Origin: a virus
Taxonomy: Duplodnaviria > Caudoviricetes
DNA length: 43,370 bases
IMG/VR virus record: IMGVR_UViG_3300031953_000036
Span: 1-43,370 of that record
Strand: one strand, 5' to 3'
Shown: one piece after another, positions 18,559-26,921 of the stretch
Layout of the letters: each line of letters starts with the position of its first letter
Position numbering within the stretch: the first letter of the stretch is position 1
Made by a program: the position numbers and the translations under genes
The notes under the pieces: generated by a model
The model's database searches: none
What the model was told of the DNA's origin: nothing
The model's input: the letters and a program-made list of their open reading frames with translations, nothing else

Positions 18559-18632
18559 GGGTGAGGGTGAGGATCATTGCCGACCAGGCTGCCCTGAAAG
18601 CGTTGCAGGATTACGTGAGGAGGAAACTTTAG
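18555..18632 (+). pseudogene. Possible C-terminal remnant of an Rz-like spanin gene
   Basis: Reads IIADQAALKALQDYVR, resembling Rz C-termini (compare LQIVGLQGYIK in the intact Rz); preceded by (GTGAGG)x3. Confidence 0.4.
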
Positions 18633-18979
18633 TCACAACCGATCATCCGTCCAGATCGCGTGATTGTGCAGGAGTTGCCTTCGCTATCGACGGTGTGGGC
18701 ACCACTACTATCTGACCACGACTTTATGGAGTATTCGTTACCCTCACTATCAGAGCTGATGATCTCTTGCCCGTTGCGGAGGCTTCGGGTTTCAGTGTCG
18801 ATATGATAGGTATTTCCTTCGGTATCCCAAGACCTAGCATGGATGCCACCATCGGAGTCTGTTTCTGATTCGGAGCAGACGCGGTACTCGCCCTCGCCGT
18901 AGCATTCAGCATAGGCACTGACAGAGCCGGCAAGGATGAAAAACGATCCGACGGCAAACATTAAATTTTTTATGGCCAT
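18629..18979 (-). CDS. Secreted or periplasmic moron protein (116 aa)
   Basis: Signal peptide ending SAYA; four Cys; three D(S/T)EGN repeats; antisense to late genes; lower GC. Confidence 0.7.
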   Translation of the reverse strand: MAIKNLMFAVGSFFILAGSVSAYAECYGEGEYRVCSESETDSDGGIHARSWDTEGNTYHIDTETRSLRNGQEIISSDSEGNEYSIKSWSDSSGAHTVDSEGNSCTITRSGRMIGCD

Positions 18980-19181
18980 TCCCTTGCTCCATATTTTTAT
19001 AGTCATCGCTGAGTCATGGACCTGGCACCGCGATAGGTTCACACCCTCCAGATCTTCTATTTTCGCCTCCACCCTATAATATCCAGCGAGCGCGGCTAAG
19101 AGATTAGCAGTGGTGTGCAGGTGATTCACTGCTGCGATAGTTGGATTGTGTTCGGCCGGCAGGACGCCGGGGAGGGGGGGT

Positions 19182-19438
19182 GAAATCGTTCCGCAATAAT
19201 TTTAGACCCCGCGCCGTTATTGGGCTGCATGGCCTCTTTAAAGCGCCGATTGCGGAACGGGTAAAGGGCTGCAAGCCGCATGAGCACTGGACTTCCCTTG
19301 GGACTTAAAATCCCTCGAGGGTAACCTCGTGCCGGTTCGATTCCGGCTTCGGGCACCAATTAATTCAAGCACTTGCAGCGATAAGTTCATCTGATTGCAA
19401 GGCTGGTTTTTTCCGCAATACGAAATCTTTTCCGCAAT
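19182..19438. mobile_element. attP region with integrase arm-type sites
   Basis: TTCCGCAAT at 19189, 19249 (inverted), 19411 and 19430; IHF-like ATTCAAGCACTTG near 19363; adjacent to the integrase stop. Confidence 0.85.
19300..19358 (+). other. attP core: 3' portion of tRNA-Leu(TAA)
   Basis: GGGA-CTTAAAA-TCCC anticodon arm, long variable arm, GCCGG-TTCGATT-CCGGC T arm, TTCGGGC-ACCA end; no 5' acceptor strand or D arm. Confidence 0.9.
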
Positions 19439-20467
19439 TCACCGCGTAGGCGTGACTTTTTTGCCCTTGCGCTCGCGGATGTACTGCTCGGTCATCACGA
19501 CCGTGGTGTGCCCCAGCTGATCCTTGGCCTGCATGATATCGCCGCTGGATTCGGCCTTGTCGGTGCCGGCCTTGGCGCGCAGATCGCGCAACTGAAACAG
19601 CTTCTTGTCGATCCCCGCCGCCTGCCTGGCCTTATCAAATCGCCCGCGCAACATCGGCGCCGACATGGGCGTGCCGTCCTCGATGACAATCAACCGCGTC
19701 GATCGGACCTTATGGCCAGCCTTGCGCGCCTTGATTCTTTCGATCAACTCCAACAGCTCGCCCATGATCTCTATTCGCCGCTTGGCACCGGTTTTTGCCT
19801 GCTTGATCCATATCTGCCCGTCGCGCACGTCGCGCTCGTCCATCAGGCGGGTGTCGGTGACTCGCTGGCCAGTCAGGTAGGCCAAGTCCATGGCGTCCTG
19901 CAGGCCAGCGTCCGCGACCGCGTAGACCGCGCGGAACAGGCTGTCCTCGACGTATACGTCCCGCCCCGACTCCTTATTGCCCTTGACGCCCGCGCACGGA
20001 TTGGCGAGCGCGGTGTAACCGGTTTCTCGGGCGAAGTTCCAGATTGCGCTCAGCAGCGCTTTTTCGCGGTTGGCGCGCACCGGTGCCGACGCGCGCCAGC
20101 GCATGTACTGCCTCACGTGCTGGGGCTCTAGGGCATTCAGCGGGGCGGGTGGGTCGTCAAAGTAGGCGATCAGGTTCTTCAATTCCCGCGCGTTGTCCTT
20201 CTGCGTGGCTGCCCCCTTGGTTGGCACAACCTCCACGAAATAGCGCTCGGCGACATAACGAAAGGTCAGCACCTGCTCGACAATGGCATCGGCGGTGCGA
20301 TCGCGCTCGAGGCGTGCGTATTCCATGATCGCCAGCCCGTAATCTTTGCCCAGGGGTATTTCCCGTCTCGGTTGTCCGCCCGCGTCGTAAAAATAATAGG
20401 TGGTTGCGCCGCGGTGCCGCTCCCGTAGGCGCGAAATCGCGCCCGGGTTTACAGGTCGTCTGCCCAT
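19439..20467 (-). CDS. int: Tyrosine integrase
   Basis: LTGQR, QAKTG, LRDLRAK, QLGH, TEQY catalytic motifs; adjacent to attP. Confidence 0.95.
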   Translation of the reverse strand: MGRRPVNPGAISRLRERHRGATTYYFYDAGGQPRREIPLGKDYGLAIMEYARLERDRTADAIVEQVLTFRYVAERYFVEVVPTKGAATQKDNARELKNLIAYFDDPPAPLNALEPQHVRQYMRWRASAPVRANREKALLSAIWNFARETGYTALANPCAGVKGNKESGRDVYVEDSLFRAVYAVADAGLQDAMDLAYLTGQRVTDTRLMDERDVRDGQIWIKQAKTGAKRRIEIMGELLELIERIKARKAGHKVRSTRLIVIEDGTPMSAPMLRGRFDKARQAAGIDKKLFQLRDLRAKAGTDKAESSGDIMQAKDQLGHTTVVMTEQYIRERKGKKVTPTR

Positions 20468-20468
20468 T

Positions 20469-20666
20469 TCATCCCGCCTTTCGTGGTTTCCATGCCGGTT
20501 TTTCTTCGTGGGCGACAGGGCTGGCGATGATCGCCGCCGTGGTCACGCTGGGCCAGCCGCTGGCCTTTATCGTGTGCCGGACGCCGTTGCGCTTCAAGTT
20601 CACGACCTGCCCGGCCTTGGTCTTCGCACCGGTCAGCTCGATGACCTCTGCTGATGTCAGAAACAT
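20469..20666 (-). CDS. Excisionase-like protein (DUF4224-like)
   Basis: MFLTSAEVIELTG...Q...L..NG; directly upstream of int. Confidence 0.75.
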   Translation of the reverse strand: MFLTSAEVIELTGAKTKAGQVVNLKRNGVRHTIKASGWPSVTTAAIIASPVAHEEKPAWKPRKAG

Positions 20667-20905
20667 AGCAGCCCCTTGGCCTTCGCTTCGGCCCTGCAGT
20701 CCTCGCGGAAGAGATGAGCTGATTCGAGCGCCTTTTGTTTGGACGCTTTTTTCCAGTTCGGGCCTGTCTGCACGAACTTCCCACGCAGCTTTCCGCACCA
20801 ATGGTTGACGGTATCGCCGTTTTCGATCTGGCAGATGATCCCCGCAGAAGCCCTTGGAGCTGTCGCGTAATGGATCAGCTTTTGTTCATACGTTAATTCT
20901 GGCAT
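20657..20905 (-). CDS. Hypothetical phage protein
   Basis: RBS GAGGA; 82 aa; overlaps the xis-like gene. Confidence 0.7.
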   Translation of the reverse strand: MPELTYEQKLIHYATAPRASAGIICQIENGDTVNHWCGKLRGKFVQTGPNWKKASKQKALESAHLFREDCRAEAKAKGLLCF

Positions 20906-21020
20906 GAGAATTCCTCACCCCGTGTCTCCGGGGCGTTTGAATTGGGCTTGGAGTGACTAGCGCGCTCTAAGGCTGACGGTGCCAAACCGGACTACGCCCG
21001 GTGCTCTCGGGTGATAGCCA

Positions 21021-21302
21021 TCAGAATGCACACCTTTTGCCAAGTGCCAGCCAAAGATAAGCGCGGCCCTTGGCCGTCACTTTGTATTTTTCACTTATCA
21101 GTCCAAGCTCGGTGCAGATCGCCCGCGACGTGTGGCCTTGGTGCCATCCAGACAAGCACTTCATAGTGCCGAGGCGGATAATTTCGCGGCGGCCTCTATT
21201 GCCGAAATTGGCCTGGTTCCAGGCGCTATCGAGGGCGGCATCGCTGACAAGGTCTTGCTCGGTGCCAGCGGTTAGCAATATGGCTAGGGTCTTCTTTCTC
21301 AT
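21021..21302 (-). CDS. Hypothetical protein
   Basis: ATGA overlap with upstream gene; 93 aa. Confidence 0.6.
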   Translation of the reverse strand: MRKKTLAILLTAGTEQDLVSDAALDSAWNQANFGNRGRREIIRLGTMKCLSGWHQGHTSRAICTELGLISEKYKVTAKGRAYLWLALGKRCAF

Positions 21303-21628
21303 TTCGTTTTAACTCCAGCAGCGTGGATGAATGCAGCGCACGCGCCGATTGCGCCATTGGACATGTGCGCGCAGTCCGTGGCGTAATCCTCGCCAAGTGC
21401 ATCGCAGGCATCTAACTCGTCGATTGCTGGCGGCAGCTCGATCACCAGCGCTGCGCGGGAGGCTTGCCAGTAGTGCCAATAAGTATCGACCGAGCCGTCG
21501 TGGTAATTCCCTGACTGGTCTTTGCTCAGGCACTCGACTCGAATCTCTATTTCGAGAAAGCCGCCTTCCTTCATACGCTCGATCACTGCCGCTTCGAATT
21601 GATCGCGAATTTGATTGTTCATTGGCAT
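21299..21628 (-). CDS. Hypothetical phage protein
   Basis: RBS GGAG; RDQFEA...WQASRAALVIELP is a recurrent Pseudomonas phage motif. Confidence 0.65.
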   Translation of the reverse strand: MPMNNQIRDQFEAAVIERMKEGGFLEIEIRVECLSKDQSGNYHDGSVDTYWHYWQASRAALVIELPPAIDELDACDALGEDYATDCAHMSNGAIGACAAFIHAAGVKTK

Positions 21629-21675
21629 AGCTCCGCCATGCCGCTGCAGCGGCTGACTTTGAATTGTGGGATTGG

Positions 21676-23580
21676 TTATGCAGCGGCTGCTTGGCGTTCG
21701 ATTGCTCGGCAAGGATCATTGGCCCGGGCAATCGCAGCCATCGGCGGCGGGCTGACGCTGTTGCCGCACATATGGACTTGCTGCGACTTGGTGAACTTTC
21801 GGCCATCGTGGCCGTGGGTGATGGTGTAGTTCGGCGGGAAGCCCTGCGCGGTGTACAACTCATGGGGCTGCAGCATGCGCAGGCAGATGTCGACGATCAC
21901 GTAAGGCGCGCCCTTGACCATGACGGTCACCAGCGCCAGTCGGTCCTTGGTTGTTATCGTCGGTGCCGGCGTGTCACAAGCGCTCATGTTCTCCGTGCCG
22001 TAATAACTGATCAGGAATGCCGCGACCCTCAGCGCTCCTTCTTCGTGCTCCGGTGACAATCGGAGCGAAACCAGCGAGCTTTTCCCGCCGCCGCCCGCCG
22101 TGATGGTTGGTGCTGGATCATCCAGGCATTGGCCAATGCTGGCGCCGAAAGCGCGCTCCATGAAAGCGCTGGCCAGGCCGTGGTGGGTTCCACCGGCGCT
22201 GATCGTGTGCAGCGGATCATTCACGTCCCGGGCATCGCAGTTGCCGCGCAGATGCACCAAGTTCGCGGCGACTAGTTGTTGCTGGCTTCCAGTGTTGGTG
22301 ACCGTTGTCATCGGCTCGTCCATACCCTTGGCATCGGTGGTGTTGAAGCCGCCGTTCATTTGCGCCATGAACGCTGTCGCAATTCCTCGGTGATTTTGCG
22401 TCATCAGTGTGCCGGCTGGCTGGTCCGCTGGCGTTGGCTTGCCTGCATACTCAGGCCCGCCAAGGCCTATCATTGCCGAGCTGATCAAGGTCAATTCGCC
22501 TCGATTGGCGCACGCCACTGTCGGCAACGGCTCAAATGGGTCATTGATGCGAACACTTCCCTGGTGCGTGACTGGTGCACTAACCGGACTTACAACCGAG
22601 AACGCCCCGCCTTTCGGGTAAGAGGTAACAGTGCGCAGCGGCTCATGTGCAGACTGCACTGCTTCACCTGACCAATTGGCGATCGGAACAATGAATGGCT
22701 GGGGGTTGTCGATCACAAACTTTTTCATGCCCTTGGCGACGCGCCGCAGAGTGGCCGGCGCCAGATCTTTCTTTCGGCCAAATATGCTTTTGCCAAGATG
22801 GCTAAAGTCGATACATTCGGCAGCCGTGCGCCATGGCTTCTGGCCCTTGACTGGCTTCTTGGCGTGGGTTGGCTCCGGCCAGGCGATAGGGTGGCCATCG
22901 CGCCGCGCGACCATGAACAGGCGCTCGCGGCTGGTAGGGGCACCGTAGTCGCAGGCCTTAATGATGCGGTGCTCGACCACGTAGCCAAGCCCCGCGAGGC
23001 AGGCCTGGAACTTCGCCCAGGTGGTGCCCTTGCGCTTCGGGTCGGGTACCAGGAACTGCTCGCCGCGCGGTACGCGCTCGCAGGGCATGGCAACGCTGCC
23101 ATCCAGGCGCATGACGAGCCCAGTCTGCTTGCAGCGCTTGGCGATCAGCGGCCCCCATTGGCGGATCTGTTTGACGTTTTCCAGGCTGATGATGCGGGGC
23201 TTGGCGATGCCGGCCCACTTGATCACTACCCAGCTCAGGTCGCGGATTTCCTTCTTGCGCGGCTGACCGCCGGCGGCCTGGCTGTGATGGGTGCAGTCCG
23301 GCGAGGCGTGAAACCAGCCGATGTGCCGGCCTGCCAGCACCTCAACCGGGTCGACTGCCCAGACATCCGTCTGCAGGTGCAGCGCGCCCGGGTGGTTGGC
23401 CTGGTGCATGCTGATCGCTGCCGGGTTGTGGTTGATGGCGATGTGCACCGGCCGGCCCAGGCCTATCTCGATGCCGGTGCTGGCACCACCACCGCCGGCG
23501 AAGAGGTCGACGTTGATCTCTTCGTCGATCGCGTCAAAGGCCAGACCGTATTGGGTGCGGAAGGCGAATTGCGCTGTCAT
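21676..23580 (-). CDS. DNA (cytosine-5) methyltransferase, orphan
   Basis: DLFAGGGGAS (I), ASPDCTHHS (IV), ENV (VI), RERLF (VIII), CGNSV (X); long region with repeated PL.T motifs. Confidence 0.93.
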   Translation of the reverse strand: MTAQFAFRTQYGLAFDAIDEEINVDLFAGGGGASTGIEIGLGRPVHIAINHNPAAISMHQANHPGALHLQTDVWAVDPVEVLAGRHIGWFHASPDCTHHSQAAGGQPRKKEIRDLSWVVIKWAGIAKPRIISLENVKQIRQWGPLIAKRCKQTGLVMRLDGSVAMPCERVPRGEQFLVPDPKRKGTTWAKFQACLAGLGYVVEHRIIKACDYGAPTSRERLFMVARRDGHPIAWPEPTHAKKPVKGQKPWRTAAECIDFSHLGKSIFGRKKDLAPATLRRVAKGMKKFVIDNPQPFIVPIANWSGEAVQSAHEPLRTVTSYPKGGAFSVVSPVSAPVTHQGSVRINDPFEPLPTVACANRGELTLISSAMIGLGGPEYAGKPTPADQPAGTLMTQNHRGIATAFMAQMNGGFNTTDAKGMDEPMTTVTNTGSQQQLVAANLVHLRGNCDARDVNDPLHTISAGGTHHGLASAFMERAFGASIGQCLDDPAPTITAGGGGKSSLVSLRLSPEHEEGALRVAAFLISYYGTENMSACDTPAPTITTKDRLALVTVMVKGAPYVIVDICLRMLQPHELYTAQGFPPNYTITHGHDGRKFTKSQQVHMCGNSVSPPPMAAIARANDPCRAIERQAAAA

Positions 23581-24002
23581 GCCTTGCCCCAGCGCTTGCG
23601 AAACTCAGTCCAGATGGCGGTGCCGCCCTCAATGTATTCATGCACCTCAAGCTCTGCACCTTCGTCGAGGCGCAGCACGGCAATGCAATCGGTGTGCAGG
23701 GCGATGTCCAGCCCGCGCAGTGTGACCAGGTCGAACGGGTAGGCGGCGCCGTTCCACAGACCCAGCAGGAAGCGGCCGATTACGGCACTTTGCCCGCTGT
23801 CGTGTCGCGTGGCGGCGATCAGCCGGGCGAGGGCGCTGATGCCGTCTGCCTTGATCTGCGCTCGCCCCGCCTTGCGGGCCTGCATGTTGGCCAGGGAAGC
23901 GGCGATTGCCTCGCTTACATCCATTATGAATTTGGGGTGCTTGCGCGATGCAGCCGTTGCGGCTGGGGCGTTCTGTGCGGTGGCGCGGTCGAATTTGTCC
24001 AT
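23577..24002 (-). CDS. Conserved hypothetical protein
   Basis: DSGQSAVIGRFLLGLWNG.YPFDL..LRGLD motif; RBS AGGAAG; ATGA overlap with the methyltransferase gene. Confidence 0.7.
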   Translation of the reverse strand: MDKFDRATAQNAPAATAASRKHPKFIMDVSEAIAASLANMQARKAGRAQIKADGISALARLIAATRHDSGQSAVIGRFLLGLWNGAAYPFDLVTLRGLDIALHTDCIAVLRLDEGAELEVHEYIEGGTAIWTEFRKRWGKA

Positions 24003-24022
24003 GGGGCGGCTTCCTTTTCGGT

Positions 24023-24364
24023 TCAGGGGTAGCACTCGGCGGCGTGCGCGGCATCGTCAACGGCGCGTTGGCGCTGGCCGAAGATGTCGAGCTGTCGCGA
24101 AGCTTTCGCGCTGATTGTTATTTCGTGTCGTGACACGGCAAAGTAGGGCGCGGATGCGGCAGCCCCGGCGGCGTGCAAGCGGTGGATGGCGGTGCTCAGT
24201 GCTTCGCGCGGGTCGCTATGGCCCGTCCAGGCCATGAGCTGATCCAGGGCGTGGCGGGTTCCGGCGGGCATCGGCAGCAGCAGGTCGGTCTGGTCCAGCG
24301 CCGTCTCGAGTGCCTTGCGCCGCGCGCGGCTCTCCTTGCAGCGTTGTGCATTGGTCTTCGCCAT
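24023..24364 (-). CDS. Hypothetical phage protein (possibly DNA-binding)
   Basis: MAKTNAQRCKESRARRK basic start; in operon. Confidence 0.7.
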   Translation of the reverse strand: MAKTNAQRCKESRARRKALETALDQTDLLLPMPAGTRHALDQLMAWTGHSDPREALSTAIHRLHAAGAAASAPYFAVSRHEITISAKASRQLDIFGQRQRAVDDAAHAAECYP

Positions 24365-24436
24365 GGGATAGGTCCAAGTGGGCCACGCGCCGACGGGCGG
24401 CGAGGTGGCGGGTAAGGCGGTGGGCGGGTCGGCGGT

Positions 24437-24997
24437 TCATTGGCCAGGCAGCCATTCGGTCGGCAACGGGCGCCGGGGGATGCGGTATTCGTCGAGTGTG
24501 CGCATTACTGTGCGGGCGCACACGCCGAGCTGGCCGGCCATGTCAGCGATGGTCATGCCTTGCGCCGCGATGCGGGTCAGTTCGGGCACCATGGCCGCGC
24601 GCCGGGCACGTCCAGCAGTCTGCGGCGCGGCCTTGGCTTTGTGGCCGATGGTGCCGGGCTTGTACTGATTGGGTATCTGAATGCCGTTGGCGAAAGCAAC
24701 GCGGTGGATGCGCCGCTCATCTGCCTTCAATGTGTGCTTGAGCGAGGTGATGCCCGCGCCCATGGTGACCAGCCCACGGATCCGCTCGGCCAGCGCGGCG
24801 TCTGCGGCGTCCTGGCTGATAGTCGGCGGGCCGCCACCCAGCAGCAGGTCGTTGCCGTTCCAGGCATGGCGCACCGGGTAGCGCGCCTCGATGCCGACAA
24901 TCACTTGCACCGCGCCGCCGCCGGCCAAGAATGCCGCCGTAGCCGCGTCGATCTGCGCCTGCCGGCTGCTTGCGGCGAGAATCAGCGGATCACTCAT
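24437..24997 (-). CDS. Hypothetical protein with C-terminal HTH
   Basis: AFLAGGGAVQ N-terminal motif; GMTIADMAGQLGVCARTVMR HTH. Confidence 0.7.
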   Translation of the reverse strand: MSDPLILAASSRQAQIDAATAAFLAGGGAVQVIVGIEARYPVRHAWNGNDLLLGGGPPTISQDAADAALAERIRGLVTMGAGITSLKHTLKADERRIHRVAFANGIQIPNQYKPGTIGHKAKAAPQTAGRARRAAMVPELTRIAAQGMTIADMAGQLGVCARTVMRTLDEYRIPRRPLPTEWLPGQ

Positions 24998-25302
24998 ACC
25001 GCCGCCCGATGCTGCTCAAGATCACGCGCCGCGGCGCAGGCCCGCAGGTGCCCGACGCGGTAACCCAGCACCCGCCCGGTGGCGTCTTGCAGGTGGAAGA
25101 AGTTTTTACCGCACGGCACTACCTGCACCATGCCCACCGCCACGCCCATGTCGATGGCCTGGGTGGCGCGCTGGCCAATGCGCTGGCGCAGTGCCGGGGC
25201 CTGCGGGGGCTGAAACAGAAAAGCAGCGCGCGCCCGCTGGGACTGCAGAAGTGTTGCGGCGAGGATGGCCATGCATTCATTGCCTTTTTTGATCGCGTTC
25301 AT
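24994..25302 (-). CDS. Hypothetical phage protein
   Basis: RBS AGAGG; ATGA overlap; TGRVLGYR motif. Confidence 0.65.
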   Translation of the reverse strand: MNAIKKGNECMAILAATLLQSQRARAAFLFQPPQAPALRQRIGQRATQAIDMGVAVGMVQVVPCGKNFFHLQDATGRVLGYRVGHLRACAAARDLEQHRAAV

Positions 25303-25334
25303 TGCGTGTGCCTCTGTGCTGGTAGGGGTACGTC

Positions 25335-25417
25335 TGCAAACCGCATGAGTCAGGCACTGGCGCGGGTGACCAACCCACCGTGAAGGTGGCCAGTGCCTGC
25401 TGATGCGGTTTTCTGCA
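25335..25417 (-). ncRNA. Structured RNA candidate (long stem topped by two hairpins)
   Basis: AACCGCAT/ATGCGGTT and CAGGCACTGGC/GCCAGTGCCTG stems enclosing two small hairpins; intergenic. Confidence 0.55.
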
Positions 25418-25418
25418 T

Positions 25419-25447
25419 GAAAAAGCCCAGCGAGTGCTGGGCTTTAT
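25419..25447 (-). terminator. Intrinsic terminator (possibly bidirectional)
   Basis: AAAGCCCAGC-GAGT-GCTGGGCTTT with T-rich tails on both strands. Confidence 0.75.
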
Positions 25448-25475
25448 TTGGCTGATTTAAGTTCGAGAGGCTTGT

Positions 25476-25679
25476 CTATCCTTCAAGCTCTTGCTCAAGC
25501 CAGGCGATCTTCGGCACCTCTTTGCGCAAGGCGTAATACTCAACTTGCACCTTGGCGCTGTTGATCATCTTTCCGCCCAGGTTGGCGAGCTCAGCGGCTT
25601 CAGACGGCTTGATCTCGCCCGCCTGCAGCTTTGCAAATACAGCGGAAAGGCTTGCGCGTAATGCCTCAGCGTTTTTCAT
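25476..25679 (-). CDS. Hypothetical protein (67 aa)
   Basis: RBS GAGGG; overlaps upstream gene. Confidence 0.7.
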   Translation of the reverse strand: MKNAEALRASLSAVFAKLQAGEIKPSEAAELANLGGKMINSAKVQVEYYALRKEVPKIAWLEQELEG

Positions 25680-26160
25680 TGTTCGTCCCTCTAATTAGTC
25701 GCTTTAACAAAATCACAGAGCGCCTGGTTTCAATGAGCGCTACTGGCACATCCTTCGGCTTTAATATTTTTGAGTACATAGTTAGTCGGTAGGCAACTAG
25801 CCAGTCAGGCGCCATACCTGCATTCATGGCCGCCTTCCTTGCTACCCTCTCCGGGTTATTCGCTCGATAACGCGCGCCCATTGCTGAAATTTTTTCAGGA
25901 TTGGCTTTTGCGTAAGCCTTGTTTTTGAATGCTATTGATTCTGCATTTTTCGCGCGGTAGCTTTTTCCTGACGCCGACACCTTTTCTTTATTGGCCGATC
26001 GCCATTTCGCTTTCGAGGCCGAAATCTTTTCAGAATTGGCAGCCCGATAAACGGCTTTAACAGATGAAACGCACTTCCTGCATTGCAGGCCCGCCCTGTA
26101 AAAATCAGTCAGCGTCTTTTCATTTCCGCACTTGGAACACGAACGAGTCACTGCGATCAT
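25666..26160 (-). CDS. Basic zinc-finger protein resembling the N-terminal region of HNH-associated proteins, without a nuclease motif
   Basis: CSKC...CRKC then about five (Y/W)RxxNxE helical repeats; low GC; RBS AAAGGA. Confidence 0.65.
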   Translation of the reverse strand: MIAVTRSCSKCGNEKTLTDFYRAGLQCRKCVSSVKAVYRAANSEKISASKAKWRSANKEKVSASGKSYRAKNAESIAFKNKAYAKANPEKISAMGARYRANNPERVARKAAMNAGMAPDWLVAYRLTMYSKILKPKDVPVALIETRRSVILLKRLIRGTNNEKR

Positions 26161-26221
26161 TTCGATTCCTTTCTGCTGATTTCCCAATGCGCCCTGTCGC
26201 CAAGGCGCATCAGTGAAATTC

Positions 26222-26506
26222 TCAGCCATGCACATAAGGCACCTTGTTATCGATCAACCAGCGCTCCATCCAGGCGTTTGGTGATCCCTCAAGGCGGCGG
26301 CAGTCGAAGTTCAGGCAGTCGCTGCATCCGCTGCTGATCATTCGGCCGCCCGGCAGATAAACATCGACCCACTCCATTTCCTCTTCGCTGTCCGCGCCCT
26401 GGCCATCCCACGTAGTGAAGTTGCTTTCCAGCACTTCACTGCAGATATCGAATTCGCAGCCGGCTTTCTCCAGGTCTGCCAGCTGCACGGTGATTTGCCT
26501 TCCCAT
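26222..26506 (-). CDS. Hypothetical acidic protein, first gene of the pL operon
   Basis: RBS GGAGG; 94 aa; Cys-rich. Confidence 0.65.
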   Translation of the reverse strand: MGRQITVQLADLEKAGCEFDICSEVLESNFTTWDGQGADSEEEMEWVDVYLPGGRMISSGCSDCLNFDCRRLEGSPNAWMERWLIDNKVPYVHG

Positions 26507-26519
26507 TGCATTGCCCTCC

Positions 26520-26915
26520 GGTTGATTGATTGCGCATCAGTCGGCGCATTCACTGCATCGGGGTGTGATCTGTCGGGCGGCCAGGCGGTCCGCCTTGCTG
26601 GGTTGCCCCTCCTGCTTTCGCTGCTATCGATAATCAGCACACGCAAACAGATCACGCTCCGATACAGCCTCTTGCGAGGCGTTCGGTCTTGCTCGCCCCG
26701 ATCCGCTACTGGCGTCGAGCGGGGCGCATGTCTGATGTAAAAGAGCTTGGTTCCAGTCGGTCCCGGTGAGGGGGCTGGGAGATCAGTTCGCTGATCCCTG
26801 GCTAGTCCGGCGAGTCTCCGGCGTTGTGTTGGCCTGGGCTGCCCTGAAACGTGGCTGCGTTTCGGTGGGCGGGCCTGTCGCTGAGGCAGTCCCTTTTCAG
26901 GGACTCGGTGGCGAC
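26520..26915 (-). ncRNA. Highly structured pL leader RNA containing boxA
   Basis: At least eight hairpins, GNRA loops on the minus strand, 21-bp stem 26553-26573/26647-26667, boxA-like GCTCTTTTACA at 26746-26736. Confidence 0.6.
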
Positions 26916-26921
26916 GTGTGA

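Noticed and set aside
19270-19358. Complete phage tRNA-Leu gene
   Set aside because: No 5' acceptor strand complementary to TTCGGGC and no D arm; it is the attP core
20915-20942. Solitary CRISPR-repeat mimic (RNA anti-CRISPR)
   Set aside because: The CCCCG hairpin plus TTTGAA only loosely recalls type I-C repeats; stem and handle do not match
24216-24440. Arg-rich ORF (MNRRPAHRLTRHLAARRR) as an N-like antiterminator
   Set aside because: Lies downstream of the first terminator and mostly overlaps 24023-24364; may be a real peptide but is unsupported
26520-26915. RsmA/CsrA sponge RNA
   Set aside because: About 11 GGA triplets in 400 nt is near chance for this GC content, and many are in stems rather than loops
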